Part shown: positions 8,570 through 19,719 of the stretch, one piece after another
Layout: every line of letters begins with the position of its first letter
Numbering within the stretch: position 1 is the first letter of the stretch
Origin: Longispora sp. K20-0274
GTDB lineage: Bacteria > Actinomycetota > Actinomycetes > Mycobacteriales > Micromonosporaceae
Direction of reading: 5' to 3'
DNA length: 64,000 bases
Assembly (NCBI RefSeq): GCF_047121295.1
Contig: NZ_CP139447.1
Span: forward strand, 3,298,665-3,362,664
Position numbers and translations under genes: made by a program
Notes under the pieces: generated by a model
What the model saw: the letters and a program-made list of their open reading frames with translations, nothing else
Database searches by the model: none
What the model was told of the DNA's origin: nothing

Positions 8570-9919
8570 GTGACCGAGAACAACGCGGCGCCGCTCGTGA
8601 TCGCCGGCCGGCCGCTCGTCGAACGGTTCCTGGCGGCCGTGCCGGCGATGACCCGGGCGGTCGTCACCGAGCTCGTGGGCGCCGTCCCCGTCTACGGGCT
8701 GCTGCCCCGCGAGGAGCTGGCCGGCGACATCCCCCGGATCGTGGAGCGCACCCTGCGCACCTTCGGCGAGGTGCTGCGCAGCCGGGGCGTGCCGAGCGCG
8801 GAGACCCTGGCCGGGATCCGCGAGTCGGCGACCCGGCGCGCGGAGGAGGGGGTGCCGATCGACGCGGTGCTCACGGCCTACCACCTGGGGGCCCGGGTCT
8901 GCCTCGACCACGTGGCCGGCGACGCGGGGCCGGCCGACGTCATCGACCTGCTCGCCACCCAGCGGCTGATCCTGGAGTTCCTGCAACGGGTCACCTCGGC
9001 CGTCGCCGCCGGGTACGTGGAGGAGCGCCCCGCCGACGACCACTCCGCCCGGCGGGCGCTGCTCGCCGCGCTCCTCGACGGGCTGCTGGTCGAGCCGGCC
9101 GCCGCCCGGGCCGGGGTCCGGCTGCCGCCGTGCTACCTGGTCCTCAGCCTGCACCTGGCCCCGCACCCGGACGAGGAACCGCCCGGGGCCGACCCGCCGC
9201 CCCCGCCCACCGACCGCGTCCCGGCGCGCCCCACCAACCGCGCGCCTGCCCCGCCCACCGACCGCGCGCCGGCGGGGCGCGCCGACGACCTGCCGGCGGC
9301 GGGGCCGGGCCCGGCCGTCGCCGCCCGGCGCAAGGTACGCCGGGTCCGCGTCGAGCTCGACCACCAGTCCGCCGACCCCGTCCTGACCATGCTCACCGCC
9401 GAGGGTGGCGTCGCCCTGATCCCGTGCCCGACCCCGCCGGAGACGCTGACCGGGGCCGACTGGCGGCGGTTCGCGGAGATCGCCGCCCGGCTGGCCCGGG
9501 TGGCCGGGACGGACGTGCTCGCCGGGGCCGCCGTCGCCGCCCCGCGCGACGTGGCCGACGCGGCCGTGCTGGCCCGGGAGATCCTCGGGGTCGCGCGCGT
9601 GTTCGGCCGGCGGTCGGGGCTGTTCCGGCTGGACGACCTGCTGGTCGAGTACCAGCTCACCCGGCCGTCCGCCGCCCGCGACCAGCTCGCCGGCCTGCTC
9701 GCCCCGCTCGACACGGAGCTGCTGGCCACGCTGCGCGCCTACGTGGAGAGCGGCCTGAGCCGGCAGCGCGCCGCCCGGCACCTGCACGTGCACCCCAACA
9801 CCGTGGACTACCGGCTGCGCAAGGTCGCGGCGCTCACCGGGCTCGACGCCAGCCGGGCGGGGGAACTGCCGAGGATCGCCGCCGCGCTGGCGGCCCGCGA
9901 CGCGGCGGACCGCCGTTAG
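8570..9919 (+). CDS. PucR/CdaR family transcriptional regulator
   Basis: C-terminal PucR HTH (LRAYVESGLSRQRAARHLHVHPNTVDYRLRKV) and an internal Pro-rich PTDRxPA repeat linker. Confidence 0.8.
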   Translation: MTENNAAPLVIAGRPLVERFLAAVPAMTRAVVTELVGAVPVYGLLPREELAGDIPRIVERTLRTFGEVLRSRGVPSAETLAGIRESATRRAEEGVPIDAVLTAYHLGARVCLDHVAGDAGPADVIDLLATQRLILEFLQRVTSAVAAGYVEERPADDHSARRALLAALLDGLLVEPAAARAGVRLPPCYLVLSLHLAPHPDEEPPGADPPPPPTDRVPARPTNRAPAPPTDRAPAGRADDLPAAGPGPAVAARRKVRRVRVELDHQSADPVLTMLTAEGGVALIPCPTPPETLTGADWRRFAEIAARLARVAGTDVLAGAAVAAPRDVADAAVLAREILGVARVFGRRSGLFRLDDLLVEYQLTRPSAARDQLAGLLAPLDTELLATLRAYVESGLSRQRAARHLHVHPNTVDYRLRKVAALTGLDASRAGELPRIAAALAARDAADRR

Positions 9920-10050
9920 GACGACCGGGAGCCCGCCCCACGCGGGAGACTGCCGGCCAGGTCGACCAGGAGCCGTCCTACGAGGGGACCGCCGTCAGGA
10001 CGACCGGGATCCGCCCGCGACGCGGCGGACCGGCGCCAGGACGGGGCGGC
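9893..10050. repeat. Imperfect intergenic direct repeats (CGCGACGCGGCGGACCG.CG..AGGACG and AGGACGACCGGGA motifs, two copies each)
   Basis: CGCGACGCGGCGGACCG[C/G]CG..AGGACG occurs at ~9898 and ~10017. AGGACGACCGGGA occurs at ~9919 and ~9996. The repeats span the 3' end of the PucR gene and the downstream spacer. Confidence 0.3.
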
Positions 10051-10135
10051 GCGGCAGGGGAGGCGGGGAGGCGCCGGGACGGCCGGGAGACGCGGCCGGC
10101 GCGCGGCGCTAGCCTGGTACCAAAAAGGAGTGTCG

Positions 10136-11125
10136 ATGGACAACCCCTCACGTACCCCTCTCCTCGACTGGACCGGCGCGGCCCTCGCGGCGTGGCTGGT
10201 CGGCGGCGCCTGCATCGACGCGTGGGCGCACTGGCACATCCCGGAGCTGGAGTCGTTCTTCACGCCCTGGCACGCGATCCTCTACTCCGGCATGTTCGTC
10301 AACATCGTGTTCGTCGGCGTGCTGTTCCTGCGCGGCCGGGTGGCCGGCGGCCCGCTGCGCGCGGCGTTCCCGCCCGGCTACGGCCTGACCGCCGTCGGTT
10401 GCCTGGTGTTCCTGCTCGCCGGCCAGGGCGACATGGCCTGGCACATCTACTTCGGCATCGAGCAGAACACCGCGGCGCTGCTCAGCCCCACCCACCTCGG
10501 GCTGATGACCGGCGCGACCCTGGTCGCGGCCGGCCCGTGGCGGGCCGCCCGGGCGCGGGGCGGGCGCGGCGACCACCCGGCGGCCGTGTCGGCGGGCCTG
10601 GTGCTGACCATGCTGTGGTTCTTCCTCCAGTTCGACCTGCCCTACACGGCGCACTGGGCGGCCGTCGCGGTGCGCGGCGTCGACCGGGGCGTGCAGCTCG
10701 GGGTCCTCGGCGTGCTGGTCGCGACGGTCACCATGGTCGGGGTGGTGCTGCTGTTCCTCCGCGACCTGACCCCGCCGCCGGGCCTGGTCACGATCGCGAC
10801 CGGGGTGCCGACACTGTTCGTGGTGGGCTTCTCCGGCCAGCACGAACCGCTGATCGCCGACCTCGGCGCGCTCACCGCCGCCGTCCTCGCCGACCTGCTG
10901 CTGAACCTCGCCCCGCGCCCGGTGTTCGTCGTGGCGTTCCCGGCGCTGGTGTGGGCGGCGTACTTCGGCGGCCTCGCGGTCACCGAGGGGGTCGCGTGGA
11001 GCGTGCACGTCTGGGCCGGCTGCGTCGTGGTCGCCGGGCTGATCGGCTGGGCGATGAGCCAGCTGGTCCCGGCCGCCTCGGGCGTGGTCCACCCCGCCGT
11101 TCGGGAACCGGCCGCCATGGACTGA
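10136..11125 (+). CDS. Integral membrane protein of unknown function (about 8-9 TM helices)
   Basis: Hydrophobic helices throughout. AAAGGAG RBS lies 6 nt upstream of the ATG at 10136. Confidence 0.6.
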   Translation: MDNPSRTPLLDWTGAALAAWLVGGACIDAWAHWHIPELESFFTPWHAILYSGMFVNIVFVGVLFLRGRVAGGPLRAAFPPGYGLTAVGCLVFLLAGQGDMAWHIYFGIEQNTAALLSPTHLGLMTGATLVAAGPWRAARARGGRGDHPAAVSAGLVLTMLWFFLQFDLPYTAHWAAVAVRGVDRGVQLGVLGVLVATVTMVGVVLLFLRDLTPPPGLVTIATGVPTLFVVGFSGQHEPLIADLGALTAAVLADLLLNLAPRPVFVVAFPALVWAAYFGGLAVTEGVAWSVHVWAGCVVVAGLIGWAMSQLVPAASGVVHPAVREPAAMD

Positions 11126-11240
11126 CGCGCGAATGTGTGGCTGGAACCCATGGACAGCCCTCTGATTGTGTGCGGTGGACATATGGCCCGGGGTGTCGCG
11201 GGATCGATAGTGTTCGCCGTCACAGGAGGTGCGAACACAT

Positions 11241-11999
11241 ATGCCGCCAGTCATCGCGACCAGGGGACTGTCCAAGGAGTTCCGCGGTTTCCGGGCCGTC
11301 AACAACGTCACCCTCGACGTCGCCGAGGGATCCGTGCACGCCCTCGTCGGCCCGAACGGCGCCGGGAAGACGACGCTGTTCAACCTGCTCACCGGGTACT
11401 TCCGGCCCACCGGCGGCCGGATCGAGCTCGCCGGCCGCGACGTCACCGGCTACGCCCCCGAGCGGGTCGCCCGGCTCGGGATGGCCCGGTCGTTCCAGAT
11501 CTCCAGCCTGTTCGAGCGGCTGACCGTGGTCGGGCACGTGGAGCTCGCGTTGCAGGCCACCACCTCGCTCGGCTGGCGGTTCTGGCGCTCCGACCGGCTG
11601 CTGGACACGTTCCGGCCCCGGGCGCTGGAGCTCCTCGACCAGGTGGGCCTCGCCGACGAGGCGGACACCGTCGCCGGCGAGCTGTCCTACGGCCGCAAGC
11701 GCGCCCTCGAACTGGCCGTCGCGCTCGCCTCCGACCCGAAGGTGCTGCTCCTCGACGAGCCGACCGCCGGGATGGGCGTCGAGGACGTGGACCGCACCGT
11801 CGAGCTGATCGGCCGGGTCCGGGCCGGGCGCACCGTCGTGCTGGTCGAGCACAACATGTCCGTCGTCGCGAGCCTCGCCGACCGGGTCACCGTGCTGCAG
11901 CACGGCGAGGTGCTGGTCGAGGGCGGGTACGCCGAGGTCCGCACCGACCCGCGCGTCATCACCGCGTACCTGGGGGAGCCCGATGCTGACCGTTCGTGA
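11241..11999 (+). CDS. livG: Branched-chain amino acid ABC transporter ATP-binding protein (LivG-type)
   Basis: Walker A GPNGAGKTT, ABC signature LSYGRKRAL, Walker B LLLDEP. AGGAGG lies upstream. Confidence 0.85.
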   Translation: MPPVIATRGLSKEFRGFRAVNNVTLDVAEGSVHALVGPNGAGKTTLFNLLTGYFRPTGGRIELAGRDVTGYAPERVARLGMARSFQISSLFERLTVVGHVELALQATTSLGWRFWRSDRLLDTFRPRALELLDQVGLADEADTVAGELSYGRKRALELAVALASDPKVLLLDEPTAGMGVEDVDRTVELIGRVRAGRTVVLVEHNMSVVASLADRVTVLQHGEVLVEGGYAEVRTDPRVITAYLGEPDADRS

Positions 12000-12675
12000 C
12001 CTCACCGCCTCCTACGGCCAGGCGCTGGTGCTGCGCGGGGTGTCCCTCGACGTCGCCGCCGGCGAGATCGTGACCCTGGTCGGCCGCAACGGCGCCGGCA
12101 AGACCACCCTGCTGCGCTGTGTGATGGGCCTGCACCGCGAACAGACCGGCGAGATCGCGCTGGAGAAGCCGCTCACCGGTCTCGCCCCGCACCAGCGGGC
12201 CCGCGCGGGCCTCGGCTACGTGCCCGACGACCGGGGCGTCTACGCGGGCCTGACCGTCGAGGAGAACCTGCTCCTCCCGCCCACCGTCAGGGGCGGTGAT
12301 CCGTGGTCGATGGCCCGGATCTACGAGGCGTTCCCCGTGCTGTGGCAGCGCCGACGGTTCCCGGGGACGAAGCTGTCGGGCGGCGAGCAGCAGATGCTGG
12401 CGCTGGCCCGGGTCCTGCGGACGGGCGCCCGCCTGCTGCTGTGCGACGAGCCGACCGAGGGCCTGTCGCCGCTGCTGGTCCGGCAGATCGGCGACATCCT
12501 GCGCGAGGTCAAGGCACACGGCGTGACCGTGCTGCTGATCGAACAGAACCTGCACTTCGCGACCACGGTCGCCGACCGGCACTACCTGCTGGCCGAGGGC
12601 CGGGTCGTGGAGAACCTCGACAACTCCGAGGTGCTGGCCCGTGAACACGAACTTCTCACCTACCTAGGGATCTGA
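11983..12675 (+). CDS. livF: Branched-chain amino acid ABC transporter ATP-binding protein (LivF-type)
   Basis: Walker A GRNGAGKTT, signature LSGGEQQML, Walker B LLLCDEP. Overlaps the livG end. Confidence 0.85.
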   Translation: MLTVRDLTASYGQALVLRGVSLDVAAGEIVTLVGRNGAGKTTLLRCVMGLHREQTGEIALEKPLTGLAPHQRARAGLGYVPDDRGVYAGLTVEENLLLPPTVRGGDPWSMARIYEAFPVLWQRRRFPGTKLSGGEQQMLALARVLRTGARLLLCDEPTEGLSPLLVRQIGDILREVKAHGVTVLLIEQNLHFATTVADRHYLLAEGRVVENLDNSEVLAREHELLTYLGI

Positions 12676-12676
12676 C

Positions 12677-13908
<1,232 letters not shown>

Positions 13909-13912
<4 letters not shown>

Positions 13913-14781
13913 CGAACTTCCTGCAACAGTGCTTCAACGGGCTGGTCAGCGGCTCCTTCTACGGGCTGCTGGCCCTCGGCCTGGCCGTCATCTTCGGCAT
14001 GCTCGGCGTGGTGAACTTCGCGCACGGCGCGTTCTACATGCTGGGCGCGTTCGGGGCGTACGTGCTGCTCACCGAGGCGGGGATCGACTTCTGGCTCGCG
14101 CTGGCACTCGTACCCGTCATGTTGGCGGTCTTCGGTGGTCTGGTCGAACGTTTCCTCGTCCGGTGGCTGACCGGGCTCGACCCGCTCTACAACTTCCTGC
14201 TCACCTTCGGCATCACGCTGGTGCTCCAGGACCTCGTGAAGCGCGAGTACGGGGTCGCCTCGCAGCCCTACCCCAGGCCCGCCGCGCTGTCGGGCACCGT
14301 GAACCTGGGGCTGTTCGAGTACCCCGCCTACCAGGTGTTCGCGTTCGTCGTGTCCGTCGCGCTCTGCGTCGCGGTGTGGCTGCTGCTCACGAGGACGAGG
14401 ATCGGGCTGATCGTCCGGGCGGCCACCGAGCGGCCCGAACTGACCGGCGCGCTCGGCATCAACGTCCGGCGCTGGGTGACTCCGGTGTTCGCGTTCGGGG
14501 TGGGCCTCGCCGGCCTCGCCGGAGTGCTCGCGGCCCCGATGCGGGCGGTCAACCCGCTGATGGGCGCCGACATGGTGATCGCCGTGTTCGCCGTCGTCGT
14601 CATCGGCGGACTGGGCTCGATCTTCGGATCGGTGCTCGCCGGGTACGCCGTCGGCCTCCTCCAGGCCCTCGGCCAGCTCTACGTCCCCGGCCTCGCCCAG
14701 ATCCTCACCTTCGTGCTGATGGCCGTCGTCCTGCTCTGGCGGCCGTCCGGGCTGTTCGGCCGAGAGGAGGCCCGGGCATGA
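13909..14781 (+). CDS. livH: Branched-chain amino acid ABC transporter permease (LivH-type)
   Basis: MTNFLQQCFNGLVSGSFYGLLALGLAVIFG... is the classic LivH N-terminus. The ATG overlaps the SBP stop as ATGA. The supplied ORF track fuses this gene into a wrong-frame ORF. Confidence 0.85.
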
Positions 14782-15716
14782 TCCTGCGACACCTCGCCGG
14801 CCGGCCGGTGCTGCTCGCGATCGGCCTCGTCGTCGCGCTCGCGCTGCCCTGGTTCGTCTACCCGCCGATCGCGATGGACATCGCCACCTGGGCGCTGCTC
14901 GCCGTCGCCGTGGACCTGCTCCTCGGCTACACCGGGCTGCTGTCCTTCGGGCACGCGGCCTTCTGGGGCTCGGCGGCCTACGCGACCGGGCTGCTCGGCC
15001 TGCACACCGGCCTGCCGTTCCCGGTCGCGGTTCTCGGCGGGGCCGTGTTCGCGGCGGCCCTGGCCGTCCCGATCGGCTACCTGTCGGTGAAGCGCACCGG
15101 GATCTACTTCGCCATGGTCACCCTCGCGTTCGCCCAGATGGTGTACTTCGTCGCCAACCAGTGGCGGGCCGTCACCGAGGGCGAGAACGGGTTGCAGGGC
15201 ATCCCGCGCCCGCTGTTCGGCGTGGACCTGTCCGAGCCGTTCTACTTCTACTACGCGGGGCTGCCGTTCGTCCTCCTCGGACTCCTCGCGGCTTGGCGGG
15301 TGGTCCGGTCCCCGTTCGGCCGGGTACTCGTCGCCATCCGCGACAACCCGGCCCGGGCGAGGGCGCTGGGCTACCCGGTGGACCGGTACAAACTCGTGGT
15401 CTTCATGATCTCCGCCGCCCTCGCCGGGCTGGCCGGCGGGCTGTCGGCGGTCAGCCACGGGTCGGCCTCGTTGCAGGGCGTGCACTGGACCACCTCCGGG
15501 CAGGCCGTGATGATGGTCGTCCTCGGCGGGATCGGCACCCTGTGGGGTGGGGTGTTGGGCGCGGGGCTCGTCGTGCAGCTGGAGGACTACCTGTCCACCG
15601 CGCAGTTCGACGGGCCGGGCATCGTGACCGGGTCGGTGTTCGTGCTGGTCGTGCTCCTGTTCCGCAAGGGGCTGTGGGGCACGGTCGCCGGCTGGAGGAG
15701 GGCCCGTGTCGAGTGA
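14778..15716 (+). CDS. livM: Branched-chain amino acid ABC transporter permease (LivM-type)
   Basis: Polytopic permease with an ATGA overlap onto the livH stop. Confidence 0.85.
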   Translation: MILRHLAGRPVLLAIGLVVALALPWFVYPPIAMDIATWALLAVAVDLLLGYTGLLSFGHAAFWGSAAYATGLLGLHTGLPFPVAVLGGAVFAAALAVPIGYLSVKRTGIYFAMVTLAFAQMVYFVANQWRAVTEGENGLQGIPRPLFGVDLSEPFYFYYAGLPFVLLGLLAAWRVVRSPFGRVLVAIRDNPARARALGYPVDRYKLVVFMISAALAGLAGGLSAVSHGSASLQGVHWTTSGQAVMMVVLGGIGTLWGGVLGAGLVVQLEDYLSTAQFDGPGIVTGSVFVLVVLLFRKGLWGTVAGWRRARVE

Positions 15717-16521
15717 CCCGTCGGGCCCCGGCCGGGGCCCCGCCCGGCCCGGGCCCGGGGCTCCTGTCCCCGGCGGGGTGGACCTGACCGGGCGGACCGC
15801 GCTCGTCACCGGCGGGGCCAGCGGCATCGGCCGGGCCGTCGCGGAACGGCTCGCCGCCGCCGGGGCCACCGTCGTGATCGCCGACCGCGACGGCCCGGCC
15901 GCCGAGGAGGCCGCCGAGGCGGTCGGCGGCCGGGCCTGGGTGGTCGACCTGACCGACCTCGACGCCGTCGACGAGGGGCTCGGCCGGGTCGACGTGATCG
16001 TCAACAACGCCGGCCTGCAACATGTGGCACCCCTGGAGGACTTCCCTCCGGAGCGGTTCTCGATGATCATGCGTCTCATGGTGGAGTCCCCGTTCAGGCT
16101 CGTACGGCGCGCGCTGCCGCACATGTACGCCCAGGGCTGGGGCCGGGTCGTGAACATCTCCTCCGTGCACGGGCTGCGCGCCTCGCCGTTCAAGTCCGGA
16201 TACGTGGCGGCGAAGCACGCCCTCGAAGGGCTGTCGAAGGTGATCGCGCTCGAGGGCGCCCCGCACGGGGTCACGTCGAACTGCGTCAACCCGGCGTACG
16301 TGCGCACCCCGCTCGTGACCAGCCAGATCGCCGGCCAGGCCCTCGCGCACGGGCTGCCGGAGTCCGAGGTGGTCGAACGGATCATGCTCGCGCCGTCGGC
16401 CATCAAGCGGCTCATCGAACCGGACGAGGTGGCCGAGCTCGTCGCGTACCTGTGCGGGCCGCCCGCCTCGTTCATCACCGGGGCCTCGATCACCATGGAC
16501 GGCGGATGGACAGCCCACTGA
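15706..16521 (+). CDS. SDR family oxidoreductase (3-hydroxybutyrate-dehydrogenase-like)
   Basis: TGGASGIGRA NAD-binding motif, NNAG, and catalytic Y-x3-K (YVAAK). Confidence 0.8.
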   Translation: MSSDPSGPGRGPARPGPGAPVPGGVDLTGRTALVTGGASGIGRAVAERLAAAGATVVIADRDGPAAEEAAEAVGGRAWVVDLTDLDAVDEGLGRVDVIVNNAGLQHVAPLEDFPPERFSMIMRLMVESPFRLVRRALPHMYAQGWGRVVNISSVHGLRASPFKSGYVAAKHALEGLSKVIALEGAPHGVTSNCVNPAYVRTPLVTSQIAGQALAHGLPESEVVERIMLAPSAIKRLIEPDEVAELVAYLCGPPASFITGASITMDGGWTAH

Positions 16522-18581
16522 CGCACTTCCTCGACCTGCTGGCCCGCGAGGCGCCGGCCGTCGAGTTCGAACGCCCCGGACTCGACGCCCGGCTCGCCGG
16601 CGCCCCGGTCGAGGCCCTCGCCGCCCTCGACCGGGACAAGGCGGTGGCGCTGCGGGTCCGGGCGCTGCTGGAGCGCCGCCGGGCCCGGGAGGCGGAGCTG
16701 TCCGCCCTGTTCGACACCGTCGCCGACCTCGCCACGCTCCGGGACACCGACGCCGTCCTGGAGGCCATCGTCCGCCGGGCCCGCAAGCTGCTCGGCACGG
16801 ACGTGGCGTACCTGACGCTGACGGATCCGGAGCGCGGGGACACGTACATGCGGGTCACCGACGGGTCGGTGTCGGCCCGGTTCCAGCGGCTCCGGCTGTC
16901 CATGGGCGCCGGGCTCGGCGGGCTCGTGGCCCAGCTCGCCGCCCCGTACGAGACGGCGAACTACCCGGAGGACCAGCGGTTCCGGCACACCGGGGAGATC
17001 GACGCCAGCGTCGGCGAGGAGGGCATCGTGGCCATCCTCGGCGTGCCCCTGAAGCTGGGCCCCCAGGTGATCGGCGTGCTGTACGCCGCGAACCGCTCCG
17101 CCCGGCCGTTCGCCCGCGAGGAGGTGACGCTGCTCAGTTCGCTGGCGGCGCACGCCGCCGTCGCGATCGACAACGCCCGGCTGCTCGCCGAGACCCGGGC
17201 CGCGCTGAGGGAACTGAGCGCGGCCAACACGGCCGTCCGCGAGCACAGCGACGCCGTCGAACGCGCCGCCGAGGCGCACGACCGGCTCGCGGACCTGATC
17301 CTGCGCGGCGGGGACGTGGAGGAGCTGGCCCGCACCGTGGCCGGCATCCTGCGCGGCCCGCTCGCGGTGCTCGACGCCGACGGCCGCCCCCTGGTCGCGA
17401 TCGGCGACTTCCACCCCGACGACGCCGTGGCGAGCCGCGAGGGGGCGAGGGGCGGGGCGGCCGACGGCGCCTATGCACCGCACACCGGGCACGTCGCCGC
17501 CACGCACAGGGCGCACCCCGCCGACGCCGCACACACCGGCCCCTCCGCGCGGTCCGGTGCCGGCCCGGGCCCGGGGCCGCGCGGTGACCGGGGCACCGCC
17601 CCCGACGCCCGGCCCGGCCCGCTCGACGAGCTCGGCGACGTCGTCGCCCGGTCGAGGTCGCTGGGCCGGGCCGTGCGCGACGGCGGCCTGTGGGTGTCGG
17701 CCGTCGGCACCGGTACGGAGGGGCTGTGCGCCCTCGTCCTGCGCTCCGCCGCCGACCTCACGGAGGCCGACCAGCGGATCTTCGAGCGGGCCGCCGTGGT
17801 GACCGCCCTGCTCCTGTTGTCCCGGCGCAACGCGGCCGACGCCGAGAGCCGGGTGCGCGGCGAACTCCTCGACGAGCTGATCAGCCGGCCCGACCCGGGA
17901 TCGGCCCGGGACCGGGCTCGCCGCCTCGGGCTCGACCTCGACCGGCCGCATGTCGTGCTGGTCCTCGCCGGTACGGCCGACGCCCGGCAGCGGGCCGCGT
18001 CCTGGGCCGCCGCCGAGGCCGCCGCGCACGGCGGACTGTCAGGTCACCGCGACGGCAGGGAGGTGCTCCTGCTGCCCGGAGACGATCCGGGAAACCTTGC
18101 CCGCCGGGCCGCCCACGACCTCGGTGCCGTGCTGCGCACCCCGGTCACGGCGGGCGCCGCCGGACCGGTGACGGGGCCGGCGGCGGTGCGGGGCGGGTAC
18201 GCCGAGGCGCACCGGTGCGCCTCCGCCCTGCTGGCGCTGGGCCGGGCCGGGGAGGGCGCGGGGCCGGCGGACCTCGGGTTCGTGGGGCTGCTGCTCGGCT
18301 CGGGGCGCGACGTCGGGTCGTTCGTGGCGGACACCCTCGGGCCGGTGCTCGACTACGACGCGCGCCGGGCGACGCTGCTGGTGGCGACGTTGTCGGCGTA
18401 CTTCGCGTCCGGGGGCAGCCCGGCGCGCTCGGCCGGGGTGCTGCACGTGCACGTGAACACCGTCAACCAGCGGCTCGACCGGATCGGCCAGCTGCTCGGC
18501 GCGGACTGGCAGCAGCCGGAGCGGGTGCTCCAGATCCAGCTCGCGCTCCAACTGCACGAACTGCGCGGCAGCCTGGAATAG
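16506..18581 (+). CDS. GAF-domain / PucR C-terminal HTH transcriptional regulator (CdaR-like) with a long low-complexity insert
   Basis: Central GAF-like region (ILGVPLKLGPQVIGVLYAAN) and C-terminal PucR HTH (...SPARSAGVLHVHVNTVNQRLDRIG). An Ala/Gly/Pro-rich insert spans ~aa 300-420. Confidence 0.7.
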   Translation: MDSPLTHFLDLLAREAPAVEFERPGLDARLAGAPVEALAALDRDKAVALRVRALLERRRAREAELSALFDTVADLATLRDTDAVLEAIVRRARKLLGTDVAYLTLTDPERGDTYMRVTDGSVSARFQRLRLSMGAGLGGLVAQLAAPYETANYPEDQRFRHTGEIDASVGEEGIVAILGVPLKLGPQVIGVLYAANRSARPFAREEVTLLSSLAAHAAVAIDNARLLAETRAALRELSAANTAVREHSDAVERAAEAHDRLADLILRGGDVEELARTVAGILRGPLAVLDADGRPLVAIGDFHPDDAVASREGARGGAADGAYAPHTGHVAATHRAHPADAAHTGPSARSGAGPGPGPRGDRGTAPDARPGPLDELGDVVARSRSLGRAVRDGGLWVSAVGTGTEGLCALVLRSAADLTEADQRIFERAAVVTALLLLSRRNAADAESRVRGELLDELISRPDPGSARDRARRLGLDLDRPHVVLVLAGTADARQRAASWAAAEAAAHGGLSGHRDGREVLLLPGDDPGNLARRAAHDLGAVLRTPVTAGAAGPVTGPAAVRGGYAEAHRCASALLALGRAGEGAGPADLGFVGLLLGSGRDVGSFVADTLGPVLDYDARRATLLVATLSAYFASGGSPARSAGVLHVHVNTVNQRLDRIGQLLGADWQQPERVLQIQLALQLHELRGSLE

Positions 18582-18643
18582 CGGGGACGCCCCACTCGTA
18601 AAATGTGATGGTTTTTGGATCTTGGTTCTGTAGCGTTTCGCGG

Positions 18644-19612
18644 GTGAGGGATCTGCGCGCGTTACCGAAGGCCCACCTGCACGTCCACCTGGAGAGCACC
18701 GTCCGGTGGGCCACGCTCGCCGAGATCGGCGCCGGCAACGGGATCACGGTGCCCGACCGGCCCGCCTCCTTCGCCGGCTTCGCGGACTTCTTCGACCAGA
18801 ACGACCTGGTCCGCGCCTGCCTGCGCCGGCCGGCGGACTTCCACCGGATCGCGCTGGAGTTCTGCGAGGACTCCGCCGCCGACGGCGTGCGCTACGCGGA
18901 GGTGTCGTTCACCGCCGCCGGGCACGGCGACCGGCTCGGCGACCCGACCATGCCCCTCGAGGCCGTCCTCGACGGGCTGGCCGAGGGTCGGGAACGCTTC
19001 GGCATCGAGTGCCGGGTCCTGATCGACCACTCCCGCCGCCGGTCCGTGGACCGGGCCTGGCGCAGCCTTGACCTGGCTGAACGCTACGCCGGCGTGGTCG
19101 CGGTCGGCCTCGCCGGCGACGAGGCGTTCCCCGGCGACCCGTTCGTCGAGGTGTTCGCCGCCGCCCGGGACCGGGGCGTGCACGTGGTGCACCACGCGGG
19201 GGAGGCATGCGGGCCGGCCAGCATCCGGCAGGCGGTCGGCGCGGGCCGCACCGAGCGGATCGGGCACGGCATCACGATCCTCGACGATCCCGACCTGGTC
19301 GCGGAGGTGCGCGAACGCGGCCTGGCGCTGGAGGTGTGCCCGTCGTCCAATGTGGCGCTCGGCTTCGCCCGCACGCTCGCCGACCACCCGCTGCCCCGGC
19401 TGCGCGACGCGGGCCTGCTCGTCACGATCAACACCGACATACCCTCCCTGATCGGTACGCCGCTGGCGTCGGAGTACTCCCGGGTCCGCGACGCCTTCGG
19501 GTACGACGACCGGGTCGTGGCCGAGCTGGCCCGCAACGGGGTGCGCGCGTCGTTCGCGCCCGACGCGGTCCGCGACCGGATCCTGGCGGACATCGACGCC
19601 TGGCTCGCCTAG
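18644..19612 (+). CDS. add: Adenosine deaminase
   Basis: Metal-binding LPKAHLHVHLEST motif near the N-terminus, and further conserved residues (HHAGE, TINTD). A GTG start at 18644 was chosen; alternative in-frame starts exist at 18605-18608. Confidence 0.8.
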   Translation: MRDLRALPKAHLHVHLESTVRWATLAEIGAGNGITVPDRPASFAGFADFFDQNDLVRACLRRPADFHRIALEFCEDSAADGVRYAEVSFTAAGHGDRLGDPTMPLEAVLDGLAEGRERFGIECRVLIDHSRRRSVDRAWRSLDLAERYAGVVAVGLAGDEAFPGDPFVEVFAAARDRGVHVVHHAGEACGPASIRQAVGAGRTERIGHGITILDDPDLVAEVRERGLALEVCPSSNVALGFARTLADHPLPRLRDAGLLVTINTDIPSLIGTPLASEYSRVRDAFGYDDRVVAELARNGVRASFAPDAVRDRILADIDAWLA

Positions 19613-19719
19613 GTGGCTGGCGTACACCGCGACCGGCGGCTCCTCCGGGCCGTAGCGGAAAGTCGTCACGGCGCGACGCTAGCGACACCTCGGGCCCCGG
19701 CGCACGGGTCTTTCCGGTC

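Noticed and set aside
8197-11523. 1108-aa plus-strand ORF
   Set aside because: Extreme Arg/Gly/Pro/Ala composition with no domain signatures. It overlaps the lipase, PucR regulator and membrane protein genes.
14679-18029. 1116-aa minus-strand ORF antisense to livM/SDR/GAF-PucR
   Set aside because: Low-complexity antisense artefact.
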